Shown here piece by piece: positions 23,401 through 38,498 of a stretch of DNA of 64,000 bases (position 1 is its first letter; each line of letters opens with the position of its first letter). This stretch comes from the human T2T-CHM13v2.0 reference genome, Homo sapiens. The stretch is from the NCBI RefSeq assembly GCF_009914755.1, contig NC_060926.1. One strand, 5' to 3'. The position numbers and the translations under genes are program-made. A model generated the notes under the pieces. That model searched no databases. It was given only the letters and a program-made list of their open reading frames with translations, and was not told where the DNA came from.

Positions 23401-26071
23401 TAGAGGCTGCACATAACATCCATCGCTCAGTCAGGAGCCCGGAGCATAGGCTCGGGAAGGTCTCCCAGCTTGGAGGTGCTCAGGATTTGGTTAGGACCTC
23501 TGGGAGCTGTGACATCTTGAGTCCAGGAGTCATAGCAATACAGGTGCTTGTAGAGAAACAGAAAAAACCAGATATAATTGGCCAAAGGAATTGTTCATTT
23601 GAGTGGATGAAACCGAAAAATGGTAGTTAAGAAACAAGTTAAGGAGAAGCCATGGGAAAGAGGCTGGAAGTCACAGGGAGAAATGCTGTTGATGCTTCAC
23701 ACCAGATGGGAATTCTGCTGCTTTCTGTACCACTGGTTGCTGTCCATTCACGCAGGAAGGTAGCTACTGAGGAAATTGCCACCATATTGATTTGTCCATA
23801 GTTGAACACCAAAAACGAAGTTGTGTACAATGGTGGATTCAACTGGGTTGCCTACTGAAGGCTTTTGCCAAGTTCATTTCTAAAGACTTCTCTTTTTTTA
23901 TTATTTAACATGAAGTTTTGCATCACATATATTCACAAACTTGCTAAAAAATATGTTATGGAATACAAACATGTCTGAATAAGACACACAAAATACAGTC
24001 TCTAAGTCTCTTCTAAAAAGAGACGTCTGTGTTACTGGCTTGGGTATAATATTGGAACTTATGTTTTCTTTTGTGTTAAATTCTAGTCTTCTAGCAAGAC
24101 AGGAGTTAACTCTGCAATATTCCATATTGACTTTAAAATATTATATATTAAACTTGTGCTTTAATTACATTGGAAGTGTGAGATCCTACCAGAAGTTTAA
24201 ATGTATGTGATCCAGCAACCCAAATTTTCATTTTGTTTTTATGATGGTTATAACCATCTGCATGTTCGTTCTCTTAACATTCATGATTTTCCTCGTCTGC
24301 CTGGGGAGTTAACACAACTAATATCAACTAACAGACCTCAACTAATTCCTAAGGAATTATTTTCTCATTATGCCAAAAAAGGCAAACAATCTGCCAGAAA
24401 ATATGATATCATCTACACAAGACAGGGAAGTATAAAAAAAAAAAAGAACCACTGGGGAGTGTGGCCCGGAGTCTGACTGTTCAGATGCTTGTGTTCACAC
24501 TTGACATTGAGCCTGGCCATGATGTGGATCTATGCCCACTTCATCTTCAAGGGGAACTGCACTTGGAGCACGCCTTCAGCAGGGTTGTAAGTATTGGTAC
24601 ATTCTGTTTCCAATTCACCACGCTATGTTGGTGTACAAAGGGTCTCTTTGGTTAGATCATTGCTGCTGGGACACTTATTATAATGATCTTTCTTAAGGTT
24701 TGTACACTAATGAGTTTTCAAGCACATTATGTCTAGTACCAAGACTGAGAAGCGGAGCTCTGCACAGGCGGCCGTGCAAGCCCGGCTGGCCAGGCTCCAG
24801 AACAGTAAGGCTGAACACAGTCAATGCTGCCTAACAATGGCATGTTGTTCCTGCCGTCTTGACAGCTGCTGAAAGATTTTCTATTCTTATCCTGCTTTTA
24901 AACACTCACAGCATAATGAATTACGAACTCTCAATGTGGCAGTGATGTGTGAACTACCGTGGAGGCAGCGGTATGCTCAGCAACATCTGGATTACAGGTG
25001 TGAATATGGATGGTCGTATCCTTTCTTAATTAATGTCTAGAGAAAGGCATTCTGAGTGAAGTGCTTGCCCCAAAAACTTGAGTATGATAGAAAGGGAATC
25101 ACATCTTGTGTTTAGAAACCAAAATCATGTAACCATTTGGCTTGCAGAAGAAAACAGAACAAAACACACATCCGAAAACTCAAGTAACATTTTTAAAAGA
25201 CATTAAATGAAGGTATTTTTGTTGTTGACATCATATTCTCCCAGGTTGACATTACATCCGTTGACGGAGGTTGTCAAGTTTTTGTTCAAATGCCCAAATA
25301 CGAAGGTGATTGAAAGCTGAGAGCTAAGAATCTTCTCCCTGGAAAATGCAGAGCACACACGTACATTCTGTGTGGAATTTCGGGTTGCGCAGAAACTCCG
25401 ATTTTCCTGGTATCCAAATCCTGCTTTTATAGATATTAAAGAATCCATCAGACTTTAACTTAAAAAATGTTCACCTAAAAATCATGTATCTATAGAGCAA
25501 AAACTACAACCCTGGCAACCTGGATCCCAGTCCGGGGCTATTGATTTCATTATTGTAAAAGTTATGTGGAAAGTGGGATTTCAAGGAAGAGAGGAGGCAC
25601 CCACAGGGGTCTACATGGAATGCACTTGCCTCAGAAAGGCTAAAGGACCATCCTTGTCTCTCTTACTGGGCTCATTTCCAAGAGAAATGAGGACTCAGCT
25701 CTGAAAACACAACTGGGCAATTCTCCTGATGGCAGCCTCATATGCAGTGATGATTCTTTCAGGGAAAATGATTCAGAAGTATTAGAAAATGTGCAGATAA
25801 ATCTCAAGTGGTGAGAAAAGTTAGACCTCAGACATAGATGATTAAAATATTTCATACAACTTAAAATTTAAAGTCCATATAGCAGGCGACTTTACACCTA
25901 TAGCTGCATGTTTTAATTTTTCTTCGGTTCAGAAATACTTTTGGAGATTTCTACAAGTACCTCTTCCTCATCTCTCATTCCTCCTTTAGGTTTAAATTCA
26001 TTCAGCACTTTTTTAAAGATTTGTACTGTCTTTCAGAGCAAATGGATATGTGTTGACTCAGGAAGAATTAC

Positions 26072-26287
<216 letters not shown>

Positions 26288-26635
26288 TCATCATGTAAAC
26301 AAATTCTGCTGGCCTCCTTTCTGACATAGGTTGCCTCCTTAATTTCCTCTCCTAGCTGAATCCATTCTTTGTGAATTTCATTCTTATTCTTCCTAAAGTC
26401 TAGTTCTAGTCATGGTGCCCACTACCTATACTCAAAGTCTATAGTCATTTTAGATTCTCTAGCCAGTAAAGCCCAGTGCTTCTGTTGGTATTCAAGGCCC
26501 TTCACAGTATCATCCCACTTCAGCAGCATATGGATCAATATTTCAATCAAACTACACCATGCCTCAAAGAAATCAAGCCTCACAATACTTCCTCTTTTAG
26601 AATTAGTTTTCATTCCTCCTCCCTCCTATTATTGA

Positions 26636-27010
<375 letters not shown>

Positions 27011-27109
27011 TGATAATGTGTTTTAATGTGTTTGTTTTACTTGTGCATATATGTCCTATTGAACTTAACATAGAATCTTGAGCAGGTAGCTAGTGCTTAA
27101 TTTATTCAT

Positions 27110-27290
27110 GCATTACTATACCATTTAATCCCCATTACTATCATGTAAGGTTGGCATTGTTAGTAAAACTTCATAGGTGAAGAGGAGGATCAGTGAGATT
27201 AAGTTATTTTATCAAAGTGTGGTTTTCTGCAAGGGCAGGTTTGAAACCTGACCCTAGTTGTGCTCCAGGACCTAGGCGTGCTCACTCTAC
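27110..27290 (-). mobile_element. MIR relic
   Basis: catttaatcccc...cataggtgaagaggaggatcagtgagattaagtta...ggtttgaaacc. Confidence 0.55.
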
Positions 27291-27934
27291 CTTGTCTTTG
27301 TGTTGAAAGGAGTGGTTTCCCATGACTGTTTAAGTGACAAGTGCCATGGATATCTACACCGTCACCAGACTAGATTGTCTCAATGTCCTTGGCTTGCGAC
27401 TCCCTCCCACAGCCAAAAACTGTCATGTTAGGCCCATGTTTTATTACCGTATGGTTTCACAACATAAACTTTTAAATATTGTATAACTAATTTCCTCATA
27501 AAGAAACAATTATGGGCAAGTGCAGAATCAAATCACAGCGACTTCAGTAACAGAAGATCTTCTCTCCTGTGATTTGGTTTTCCAGCATCCTATATGCAAT
27601 TCCAGAAATGCCATTTTACCTCTACTTTTACTTGATAATCCACCTTCATGAACACATACGAACAGTGGGAAAAGAAGAACTCATTGAATTTCAAGCATCC
27701 TTCAAGGAGACAGGAAAATAATGCATCCTTTGTTGTTCACGATCTATGACTTAGGCAATTGGAAAACGATAGTTGGCCTTCTCCTTTTTTCTTTTATCTC
27801 CTCTTTCTCCTTCCTTTAGTCCTTATTATTCTCCCTACTTCTTCATTGTGTTTGTATGTTTGCTAAATATTCAACAAAAATTCTTGTTTCTTTCTGCACT
27901 TTAAAGAACTCTTTCCCCTAAATAATGTAAGAAT

Positions 27935-28055
27935 TACAATATATTGACTACTAAATGGTGCCAAGAAATTTACATACATTATTTATGATATTCACAATGA
28001 TTCTGACAAGGTTTTATTATCCTTATTTTACTTCTATAAGGAAACTGAAATATCT
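27935..28055 (-). mobile_element. MIR relic
   Basis: ttacatacattattt...ttattatccttatttta...taaggaaactga. Confidence 0.6.
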
Positions 28056-28399
28056 GCTTTTTTTGTCACACTTACTAAACTGGCCAGTTTTCATTATCAA
28101 TGTATTGTTTGAACTAGACCATGCAGTTGGGGTTAAAGAATCAAGTATGTCTTATTATATAGTTACGGTTTTGCAAAAGTATGTTGCTGCATTCAAAATT
28201 AGTATAATCACTTTAGCAAAACATTAAAACTTCAAGTTGGAAATGTCCAAAATTAGAACTATTAAAATGGGATCCTGACAACATAATGCTATTCTCTTTG
28301 AAATTTTCATAGATTCAAAAGGAATCAATATAGAAGCTGTCTCTCCCTACCTCGGGTACATATAAATTGCCCAAATTAGTAGCATTTAGTTGTTCTCAC

Positions 28400-28688
28400 T
28401 TATTTATTTATTGAGACAGAGTAACTCTCTGTCACCCAGGCTGGAGTGCAGTGGCATGATCTTGGCTCACAGCAACCTCCACCGCCCAGGTTCAAGTGAT
28501 TCTTATGCCTCAGCCTCCTGAGTAGCTGGAATCACAGATGTGTGCCACAACACTCAATTTTTTGTATTTTTAATAGAGATGCGTTTTCTGTGTTGGACAG
28601 GCTGGTCTTGAACTCCTGGACTCACGTGATCCGCCTGCCTCAGCCTTCCGAAGTGCTGACACAGCACAGGTATGGGCTGTGTCCAGCC
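28400..28688 (-). mobile_element. Alu (J/S)
   Basis: Full antisense dimer, diverged. Confidence 0.88.
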
Positions 28689-28959
28689 TAGTTTTTTCAA
28701 ATATCATAAGGATATGATATAAAATGGCCAAAGCCTGGATAAAAGAAATATGAAAGGAAGTACAAGAGCATCTTTACTCCTCATTCTACAATTAAAAAAG
28801 AAAAATAAACATGTGATTACAATTAATCATAAAGCAAACACTGTTGGTTTCCACATCTTCTCACTCTGTCATTACCTTGTCAGGTGAGGAAGCTGAAGTT
28901 CCAGGAAGTTAAGAAACTAATAGGTAGAAAACACACACAAAGCTCCTTCTTTCATTTGT

Positions 28960-29099
28960 TTTATATATATACACACACACACATACAGGTGCACACACAC
29001 AACACACATACACATACACACGCATACGCACATGTATACACAGACAGAGACACACACACCTGCACACACACACGGACGCACACACACACACATACACAT

Positions 29100-29131
<32 letters not shown>
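28960..29131. repeat. Imperfect (CA)n-rich tract
   Basis: Interrupted CA/TA dinucleotide run. Confidence 0.9.
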
Positions 29132-29134
<3 letters not shown>

Positions 29135-29136
<2 letters not shown>

Positions 29137-29721
29137 TGAGTTTCAAGTTTCTCCTTTTCCAGCTCATCCCACCTCTCTACCTTGGCTTCATTCTGCTGAG
29201 CTGAGACTAGCCAAGTGCATGTTTCCTTTGCCCACGGGATTCCCACAGGGCTTTTCTGAGTGGCTCCCTGGAGGAGGCTGGCAGGCTGGCCAGGGTGGGA
29301 TTTGCTCCCCGCCATCTGCCCCTGCAGTCGGGTTACTCCATGGCATCCACAGTCAGCTGCAGTCAGCAGGTTTTGCAGGATGCCAGGTCTGTCCTCCTGA
29401 AGCCTCTCGGAGTCACCAGCCTCAGCCAGCTCGCTCTTCCTCTTTGCGGGTGTCAGCTGCCAGGCCCTCTTCTGAGATCTGTGGCACTCAGAGTAGAGGG
29501 TTACAGACTCTCTCCTGAGTCCCACCTGCAAGCTCTCAAGTTTGAATCATGCAATCCTTCCCTTTCCTCATCCTGGGCTAGTAGCTTTTTCCCAAAGATA
29601 ATCAGCCTGTCCCTTCTGCCTTCTTCTCCATCCTGGTTATATGTTGTTGATATTAAATTCTCCTGATTCAAAGCAAGAAAAAAAAAACAGTTTGTGTCCT
29701 AACCAGAAACTAACTAATAGA
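29135..29721 (+). mobile_element. ERVL LTR (LTR33-like)
   Basis: 3' end tattaaattctcctgattcaaa...gtttgtgtcctaaccagaaactaactaatag resembles LTR33/LTR16 termini. Confidence 0.45.
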
Positions 29722-29784
29722 TATGGGCAGAAAGCATCCTTTCACTTTTGTTCTGGGAGAGGGAAGAAGCAAAGGGAAGAAAGA

Positions 29785-30010
29785 GGTCTGGAATATGCTC
29801 TCATATTTGAGTGCCGGGCCAGCTTTTTGCAGGCTGTGCTAACTTCGGTAAGTCACATCGGTTGCCTGAGCCTCAGTTTCCTCATTGTGAAAAAAAGATA
29901 TGGGATGCCCAGCTCAAGGAACCTTAGGCATATTCAACTCAATTAAATAACAAAATGTAAGCATTGGACCCTGCACACTGTTGGCACAAAGCAAGCCCTC
30001 AACAAATTAA
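29785..30010 (+). mobile_element. MIR relic
   Basis: ctgagcctcagtttcctcattgtgaaaa core and ggcacaaagcaagccctcaacaaat tail. Confidence 0.75.
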
Positions 30011-31721
30011 CTGACTCGGAAAGGTACTGCTTCTGTGTGAGTGAAAATCCCTACCTTTGCTTTGTCAGTGATGACCACTATAGTTACTCCCATGTGGAAA
30101 TGGGTGGCTAGACACAGGACACACAGGCCAGAGACTGCACTGAGATAATGTGGACCCCGGAGAAGAGAGAAAAAGCTTTCCAGTGATGACAAGCAAAATG
30201 CTTCCATGTTTAACTGTTTGGAAAAGCAGGTTCATAGCTGTGACATAATGGTGAAATATGATTCTCTGATGAAAAACCTATAAAATCTCATTCTGACTGC
30301 CAGCTTTAGGATACATTTTATCATGTTTGCGGTTGGTGATTTACTAGCTATGAAAGTATCTTTGTGTAATGTAAAAATTATACTTGCACTATCGCTCCAC
30401 CCAAGCTATGGAAAACAGTGTTCATGACACGCTGGGAGCGTGTGGACAGCAGCAGAATATGAAAGAGAGAGATGAGGCATCCAGTATACTGTGAACAGGA
30501 GTCCTTTTCCTAAGTGCAAACATTCAAGGAGGGTCACAGCTGAGATCATTCCAGGGGTATCTACCGCATGCCTGCCACATGTCAGGATGTGCAGGGGCCC
30601 ATAGCGACGATGGTGGCCTTAGTCACTTTGTCACCTTTGCAAGCCTCCCCATTCATCACTTCTAGGTCCTTCTAGAGCAGAGTTTCAGACACTTATGAAG
30701 TGTGGAATCTAGACTGGGGCGCTTCTTTGACATCTCAGTTTGATCTATAGATTTTCACTCCACTAGGCTGTAGAAACATCCCCAGTTTTTTCAAATGCAT
30801 TGAGTGCTGTTAACCATTGTAGAGGATCAGACTGTTAAATTAGGAGGTAGATGCAATGTGTAAATAGTTTAAAGGCAGCCTGATTGCATAGGTAATTTAA
30901 AAATTAATAGGTTTTTAGTCCAAATAAATGAGTAAATTTATTAATAACTTTGAAATAAAACTTATTGGTAGAAAGTATGTATTGCTTTTATGTATTTCAC
31001 CTCCTTCCAAGTTGATTTGGAGGTAGCAGATATAAAAATATCTCTCCACAAACTATCCACCAATAGAAAAGAGAATCATTGCATTTTAGGGCAGGCATAG
31101 AATTTTATAAGTACCATAAACTCATTTTGCAAATGAAAAGAGGAAGACCACGAACATCTGACCTTGGCTGGAGTATAACTGTTATGATTACTTGAAAACC
31201 ACCACTGCCAGGGCTGAAACCTTTTAAGTTACTCATCTTTATGTAGCAGGATAAGGAAATTTGTTATTTGATAGTATTCATAAAGAGGGTAATAAATATA
31301 ATGAACCCAAAGGTTACTATTTCTTTTTGTTTCATGTTTGGTTTTGGTTTTGGTTTGCTTGTATGTTTTAAATGTTCAGCTGTTACCTGGGACCCCCATC
31401 CTAGCAAGGGCTGCTCCTGGTGAGTTCTCCATCTGGGAAGTTGTTGCCTACAAAGGTGCTGCTGGATTTCTCAGGTGGAGGGAAGAAGCGGATCCAGGGT
31501 CGTTCTGAGTACAACCACATTCAACCTGAGTGGGAAAGCGAGAGATGCCAGGGACGCAGGCAGAGAGGAGGGCTTTGAGGTGATAAAAAAGAACAAGCAC
31601 AGCCCTTGAACAGTTGAGCTTGCAGAACACTGCCCTGCTGTGTGCTGTGGATCCCAATCCTAAGAATAGTAAGTGTCCAAGTTCATGTCTTCACATTTGC
31701 AGAGAGATTCTGTGTTCATTA

Positions 31722-32075
31722 CAGGACTCAGTCTGTCTGAGCTGCTATAACCAGCACACCATAGGCTGGGTGGCTTAGATAACAAACATCTATTTTCTCT
31801 CAGTTCTGGAGGCTGGAAGTCCAAGGCCAAGGTGCTGGCACATCTGGAGTCTATTGATGGCCTGGCCCCCTTCTGATTCATGCATGGAGCCTCCTGGATA
31901 CACCCTCACATGGCCGAGAGGAGAAACAGGAGCTCATAAGAGCTCTCATCCCATCCATCAGTTCCACCCTCATGACCGATAACCTCCCAAAGTCCCCACC
32001 TTCTAATACCATCAAATCGGGGGTTAGGATTTCAAGGCACCAACACGGAGGAACACGAACACTCAGTCCCTAACA
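31722..32075 (-). mobile_element. MLT1A0-type MaLR LTR
   Basis: cagttctggaggctggaagtccaagg...ccccaccttctaataccatc...actcagtccctaaca. Confidence 0.85.
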
Positions 32076-32837
32076 TGACAGGTCACACAGTTGTATTTTC
32101 AGCCCAATGACAATTTATACGATGGTTTCACCACCAAGGCCCAAACACAAACTCAGAATGCTGAAAGTACAAACACAGATGTAACTCCATAACATTTTTT
32201 AGAGAAGACGACCCATGGATTGAATGGTTCATTACCATACCCTTTCCCAAATTTTTTGCTTTCTATCAGAGAGCAATTCTCAATGGAGAAAGCAGCATTG
32301 CATTGGGGCAATTCTCCACTCAAAGGGAAAATGGAATTCCACCAGTGTTAGCTACCAAAGGGGGAACCTATGGCTTGGGAATCATATATCCTTCTTCCTT
32401 TACCTTCACACGTTTCCTAAATGCAGAATCGACTAAATAGATGCATCAAGGGGTTCTAGTAAAAAGGTGGATATCTGGTTAGCTTTTAGGTCATTCTAGT
32501 AACAATTTAAACCACAGGCCCTATATCTTCTGAGACTCAGAATCGTCTGTGGCTTTTTCCACTTATACTATGGGTAACCCAGGAAGAAGAATAAAATAAA
32601 GGCTATAAAAGGAAACCTTTCCAGTGGGCTTGGTTCTTTGATACTTTATTTATTGATCTACAGTATCAAGATTCTCCACATATATAGCTCTCTTTCTGAG
32701 CACCCCTAAACAAAGGCTGCCCATCCTAACTGAAATGTTTCTCATCTTTGCCTGACACTTCTTTCTTTCTTCTTCATTTCTGAAAATTCAAATGTGAGTG
32801 CCACTGAGCTTTTGCGGTTAATAATTAAATTACTTGA

Positions 32838-33173
<336 letters not shown>

Positions 33174-33431
33174 AAAAACATAAATTTTATACACATCTTA
33201 CTCTTATGAATTCATTGGCTTTTTCCTTTGAAAAAAAAAATTACCTTAAGTGTAAGGATTTCTGCCTGTCTCATAGTGGCTGGCAGAACGTTATCTGGTT
33301 ACCATCCATAAATGAAGTCGTCTTTCCCGCACAGGTAGGATTTCATAGCACCCCTTGTATGGTAGGGCTATAGGGCTCATCTTGAAACTGATGGCCCCTG
33401 CCTAACCAGGGCTGCCCTTGTACACATCATC

Positions 33432-33785
33432 TGTATTAGTCTGTTCTTACTCTGCTAATAAAGACATACCTAAGACTGGGTAATTTATAAATGAAAGAGG
33501 TTTAATTCACTCACAGTTCCACATGGCTGATGAGGCCTCACAATCATGGCGGAAGGTGAATAAGGAGCAAAGTCACATCTTACACGGCAGCAGGCAAAAG
33601 AGATTGTGTAGGGAAACTCCCCTTTTTAAAAACATCAGATCTCATGAGAATTATTCACTATCATGGGAAAAGCACCGGAAAAGGCCAGCCCCCATGATCT
33701 AATTACCTCCCACTGGGCTATTCCTACAACAGGTGGCAATTATGGGAGCTACAATTCAAGATGAGATTTGGGTGGGGACACAGCC
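33432..33785 (-). mobile_element. THE1 (C-like) MaLR solo LTR
   Basis: tgtattagtctgttct...caattcaagatgagatttgggtggggacacagcc; about 10 terminal nt missing. Confidence 0.9.
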
Positions 33786-34249
33786 ATCTCCCAAAATTTG
33801 CCATGAAGATTAAAGTCTATGAAGAGTTACTGTCTTTGAGATATGGTGCTCTTCAAACCTATGTTCTGGAACTATATCTGCAAATTCTGGCAAGTTTTTC
33901 TCACCTTGAATTCACCATCTATATTCCGCATAAAAGAGGTCTGTCTTCTCTCCTACTATTTTCCAAATGAAAAGTGGTTGTAATCACGTTTCCTAAGGCC
34001 CCTGGCTTAATGACTCACAGGATGTGTCATTCGGGCAAGGGTGCAATCCCAGTATTAGAACACTGAGTTCTAGTCTCCTGGGATTTGGGGACCAACAGAT
34101 GATATCTATAACCTTTGTTTTTCCATTTGTATAATTTATTTCAAAACATAAGTAATGAGCATGATCTCTTACAGGCATTGCTAAGTGTTAGTAATACAGA
34201 GGAAAAAAAGAGCTTATAGGTTAATTTAGAAAAATAAGTAAGTTTTGCG

Positions 34250-34450
34250 CATCTTTCATGTAATTAACACTATGTGGGATGCTATTTTGTAGATGTTGTC
34301 TTCATCCTTTTTCCAGCTTTGCAAACCAATTCATAGAGGTTAGGTAATTTATCCAAGGTCCTAAACTACCTATTAATAATTGATAGAGTCTGAGTCTGCA
34401 CCCAGTTTTGCCTGGACACAAAAAATTGCCATTTCCATGAAGCCATGCTC
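34250..34450 (-). mobile_element. MIR relic
   Basis: agaggttaggtaatttatccaaggtc... Confidence 0.6.
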
Positions 34451-37349
34451 TAAAATGAGATCTCTTCCAGTACACATATTAACAGCCCTGGCTTTAAGCA
34501 AGACCTTTTCTATCTCTTCAGATACTAGCAAAGTTGGATGTTGGATGTAAAATTTCCAATTTTGTCTAGTACCAGTATTGTACTTCTCAGGTTAGTGAAA
34601 AAACTAATAGCTACAGATATTAAATCATGATGATTACGAAGATGCTTTGCAATCTATAAAAGTTACTACAGATTGATCCTGTTAAAATCCCTATTATTTC
34701 TGTTGCACCAGGAAAGGATAAACAAAATTGCTTTTTGCTAGAGACAGAAGATTATATTCTCATCTAAGGGTGAATACAGTCGCAGCTGGGCCTTTATAAT
34801 TGTGACTCATTTAAAATGCCTCGTTATTAAAACTGGATTGTTTTGGATTGCGACTTTATTCAATTGAGACAATTATGTGTTCTGTGTGATTCAAATCAAT
34901 GATTTCAGGCAGCAGTTGATTATTTCAGCTTAATTTGTTGTGCCTTTTGCGTTTTTAGACAGGCATTGGATATCAAATTCTGAAATTAGATTTTAATTTC
35001 CTTTTGTGGGAATTTCACATGTATATTGCATTAGCTTTCATAAATGTCATGATGCTTTTCTCCCTATGCGAGTTCATGCATAAGCTCAGAAAATATCGAT
35101 CCACAGAAGCACAGATTCACAGACTGTATGCAGGAGCACACAAGTCTCCCGTAAAGTGAAGCTGCCACTGTGGCTTTGGGACAATTGAGTATACTCATTG
35201 TGTCTACTGTCCCAGCTCCAGGATACTTTGATGAAGAAATTTCATCCTTTTGTAGGTTTTCTCTTTTCTATGCTTTCTAGGAGGAATTATTTAGAAATCA
35301 GTGGAAGCTCCAGGAAATGCTACCATAACGATGAAGCAACTGTATGACTCAGCAGGTGGAAATGTCCCAAGCCCTTCTCTCCAAGGGTTGATGGCAATCC
35401 ATGGTGCACACTGATGATGAAATGTATTCCCGTAAACAAGTCTTTCCTCTAACTTATTAAGACGCCTGCAGCCTTAAGTGAGTCTTGTGGAGGCAGACAG
35501 GTCCCCACAGTATCATTTGTTTTAGAGGCAATTTGGACTCTCAACTCATAATCTGTTCCCAGCCACGCCCTGGGGGTGGCAATGAAATTGTCATATTCTT
35601 GTGCAAAATTATGATTTTTAGTTTTGGAAATATGTAAAATTACAAGAATATAAAACTCACCACTAGTGCTGGGGCCAGCTATACTTAATAATCTGTGGTG
35701 GGTTTATCTGATAACGGCAAAAAATAGTGTGGTGGGAGGAAGAAGCATGGAGGAGGAGCATAGATCAGGTGTGGTGCATAAATTACTAAATATTCATATG
35801 TAACAATTATCAGCTTTGTTTCAAGGGGATGCAACTGAAGTCATGGAGGTATCCTACAGATAATAATCAACTTAATTGGAATTTGAATCAATATATGTCT
35901 GACTCCCAAATCCATACACAGGTTGACTCCTAAATTTCGAAAGAGTAAGTACCTATCTTAAATGATATGCAAGATATATCAAATTTTTAAGGGGATTTAG
36001 ATATTGTGACCTCTAAATGCTCTTTTCAACTTAAAGCATATGTGATTTCATGGTTGATTGAGCCTACCCTGGGAGATGAAAACTGATGTAAGAGAGATAT
36101 TAAGAAAGCACAGAGACTTAAAACAAAACACACTATTCCTGTTTTGTAAAATTTCATATTAAGACCAAGAAGGTCCCATAGAGATGACTCGCTGCCCTAG
36201 GGAATCATGCAACCTAGATCAGAAACGAATATGACTGTGCCTTCCAAACTAGAAATCTGAGTTCTCTGTAATAGAGAAGTGGCTCATCCACCAAAAATAA
36301 ATCATTGTGTCAAAACAAGAAATGTCTGACTGTTTAAATATGGTTAAAGAAGAATCACCTAATATATGCTGAAAATCAGTAATTCTCATGGGCATCCTAC
36401 CAATTTCAATAATGTGAGCTTTATAGCAATATCGAGACCAGGAAATAGATGGTCTAAATAAATACACAATCTCAAAAACAGAAATCCTACCTTGTGTGGG
36501 TTTTCCTTTACAGACCTCCATGGATTACAAAGGAATCTTCTTCATGGGAAGAGAATGATGGTACTTTAACTTGGGGTGGGAGTGGTTGCAGTATGGAATT
36601 ATAGTTCAATTCTGTTTCAATTGTAAAATAGTGGTGTTACAGCTTGAAATTTGAGATCTCCTGGGAATTTGTCAACGCTCTGTGAAAGATCCGACTATTT
36701 TACAGCTCACAAGAATTTTTTATTTGTTGATGACATTCTCAATCTAGAGAGTCAATAAAATGCTGAATGAGGAGGGAGCCTGCCCACTTAATTGTCACTG
36801 GGGTTTAATTAATTTTATTTTGCCTGCTCTTGCCCAGAAAACTTCCCAGGAAAACTAATAACTTTTTGGATGATGTAACAGATCAGAAAACATCTCTTAC
36901 ACTCTCACATCCATCTTGCCTGTGTTCCGCCCCCTCTTCCACCATTCATATTCAGTTCCTTACACTTCTTTAGACATTCACAGCGGCCAGAGATTTAGTT
37001 TCACAGTACTGTGCATCATACCAATTTCCTGGAGCAGGGTAGGGAAAGACCACAGGACTTTCTTCATAAATTATAGGATTATTTTAAACCTTATACTCTG
37101 ATATTTAAAGATCCACAAAAATAATATCATGCTAACCTGTCTAGCTTTCATTTTTCACCACCCCTTCATGTGTATCTTCGCAGAACACAAACGGGCATAG
37201 TCTCCCCTTCCTCTATGGTTTCAGATAACATCTATGTTATTATGACTTGCAAATCATGAATCTAGATTGTTCTTTTGTTCCGTACGCATATATAGCATGT
37301 AGACATTTGCAAAACAATATAGTTTAAAATACTTAAAATTTTGTACCCA

Positions 37350-38167
37350 AACATGCTCCTCTTCCTATGTTGTCCATTTTTACTAAAAATGCAAACATCA
37401 ATCGATTAGTCCAAGCCAAAAAATCAACTGTCAAAGTCCCCTCCTTTTTTCCATTCATGAGCATACATGCCCTCTGTCCTGATGTTCCACAGATTTTCTC
37501 TCTCTCCATTGTCTTTACTGGGCTGTGTCCCCACTATGCTACCTTTCTCCTGCCAACATTCTCATCCTGCAACCCAGGCACATAGAAGGCTTCTTAATTG
37601 GCCTACAATCCCATCCACCATAGTTCCAGCTATTTCACCCTCCCTCAGAGCAAAGTTTTCCAAAATGCAAACCTGATCTTGGCATTAAAATATGGCCTAC
37701 ATATCTTAATGAGATTTGATCTAGAAGCTCAGTCAATTTTTCCTCACCACCTGTTACAAACTTGTAAGCTCCAGTTATTGTGAACTTCTTCAAATTCAGG
37801 AACACATCCTTAATTTTTTGAGACTAGGCCTTTATACAATTTTCCCCTTTGCCTGGAAAATCCTCCCCGCCGCCAACCTCGGTAATTCCCAGCTGCCCTT
37901 AAAACTTCTCTTTAGGTATAATTTCTGCCAAGATTTATGATGACACTATGGCTAGACCAAATACCCCCTCTTATATTTTTTTTTTCAGAGCCTCTGCTCC
38001 TATCATAACACTTATGCACTATTCAAATGCTTGTTGCTTTCCCCACTGGAAAATAAACTCCCCAGGGACAGAGATTTAAGGTTTGTTCACTGTTGTAGCC
38101 TTACCATATAGTGTAGTACCTGAAATACAGAAAAGATTCAATATATTATTTTTTTGAATTGAGTAAA
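37350..38167 (+). mobile_element. L2 LINE 3' fragment
   Basis: ctttgcctggaaaatcctcccc...aaactccccagggacagag...tttgttcactgttgtagcc...tgaattgagt, the typical L2 3' end. Confidence 0.7.
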
Positions 38168-38498
38168 ATATTTATTTCTTCTGAAACCTCATACCTGCAA
38201 ATCATTTTTTTTCCTGTGTCTGTGTAATGTTATCTTCATTTAATGATTTTACCCAATCCCAGATCCCAAGAAATGTCAATAATGTAGGTTACTTTTATCC
38301 GGCTCTCAGAAGTCCTCCCTGAAAATACCAGTTCACAGTAATCATTCTCTTCTTTAAAAATACTTAGAACCTATTATTTCTTTTTCAAAAACATTTTTGC
38401 CTCTCAATACATGACCTTTCTGTTTCTCCTTCTCCCTACCACAAAATGTTCATGATCTTCTATAAGGGAATGTCATGCTTTTCATCCCACACGGAAAA

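Noticed and set aside
28884-29531. His/Thr- and Cys/Val-rich ORFs (also 42527 and 44504-45260)
   Set aside because: Translations of (CA)n/(TG)n/(TA)n repeats.
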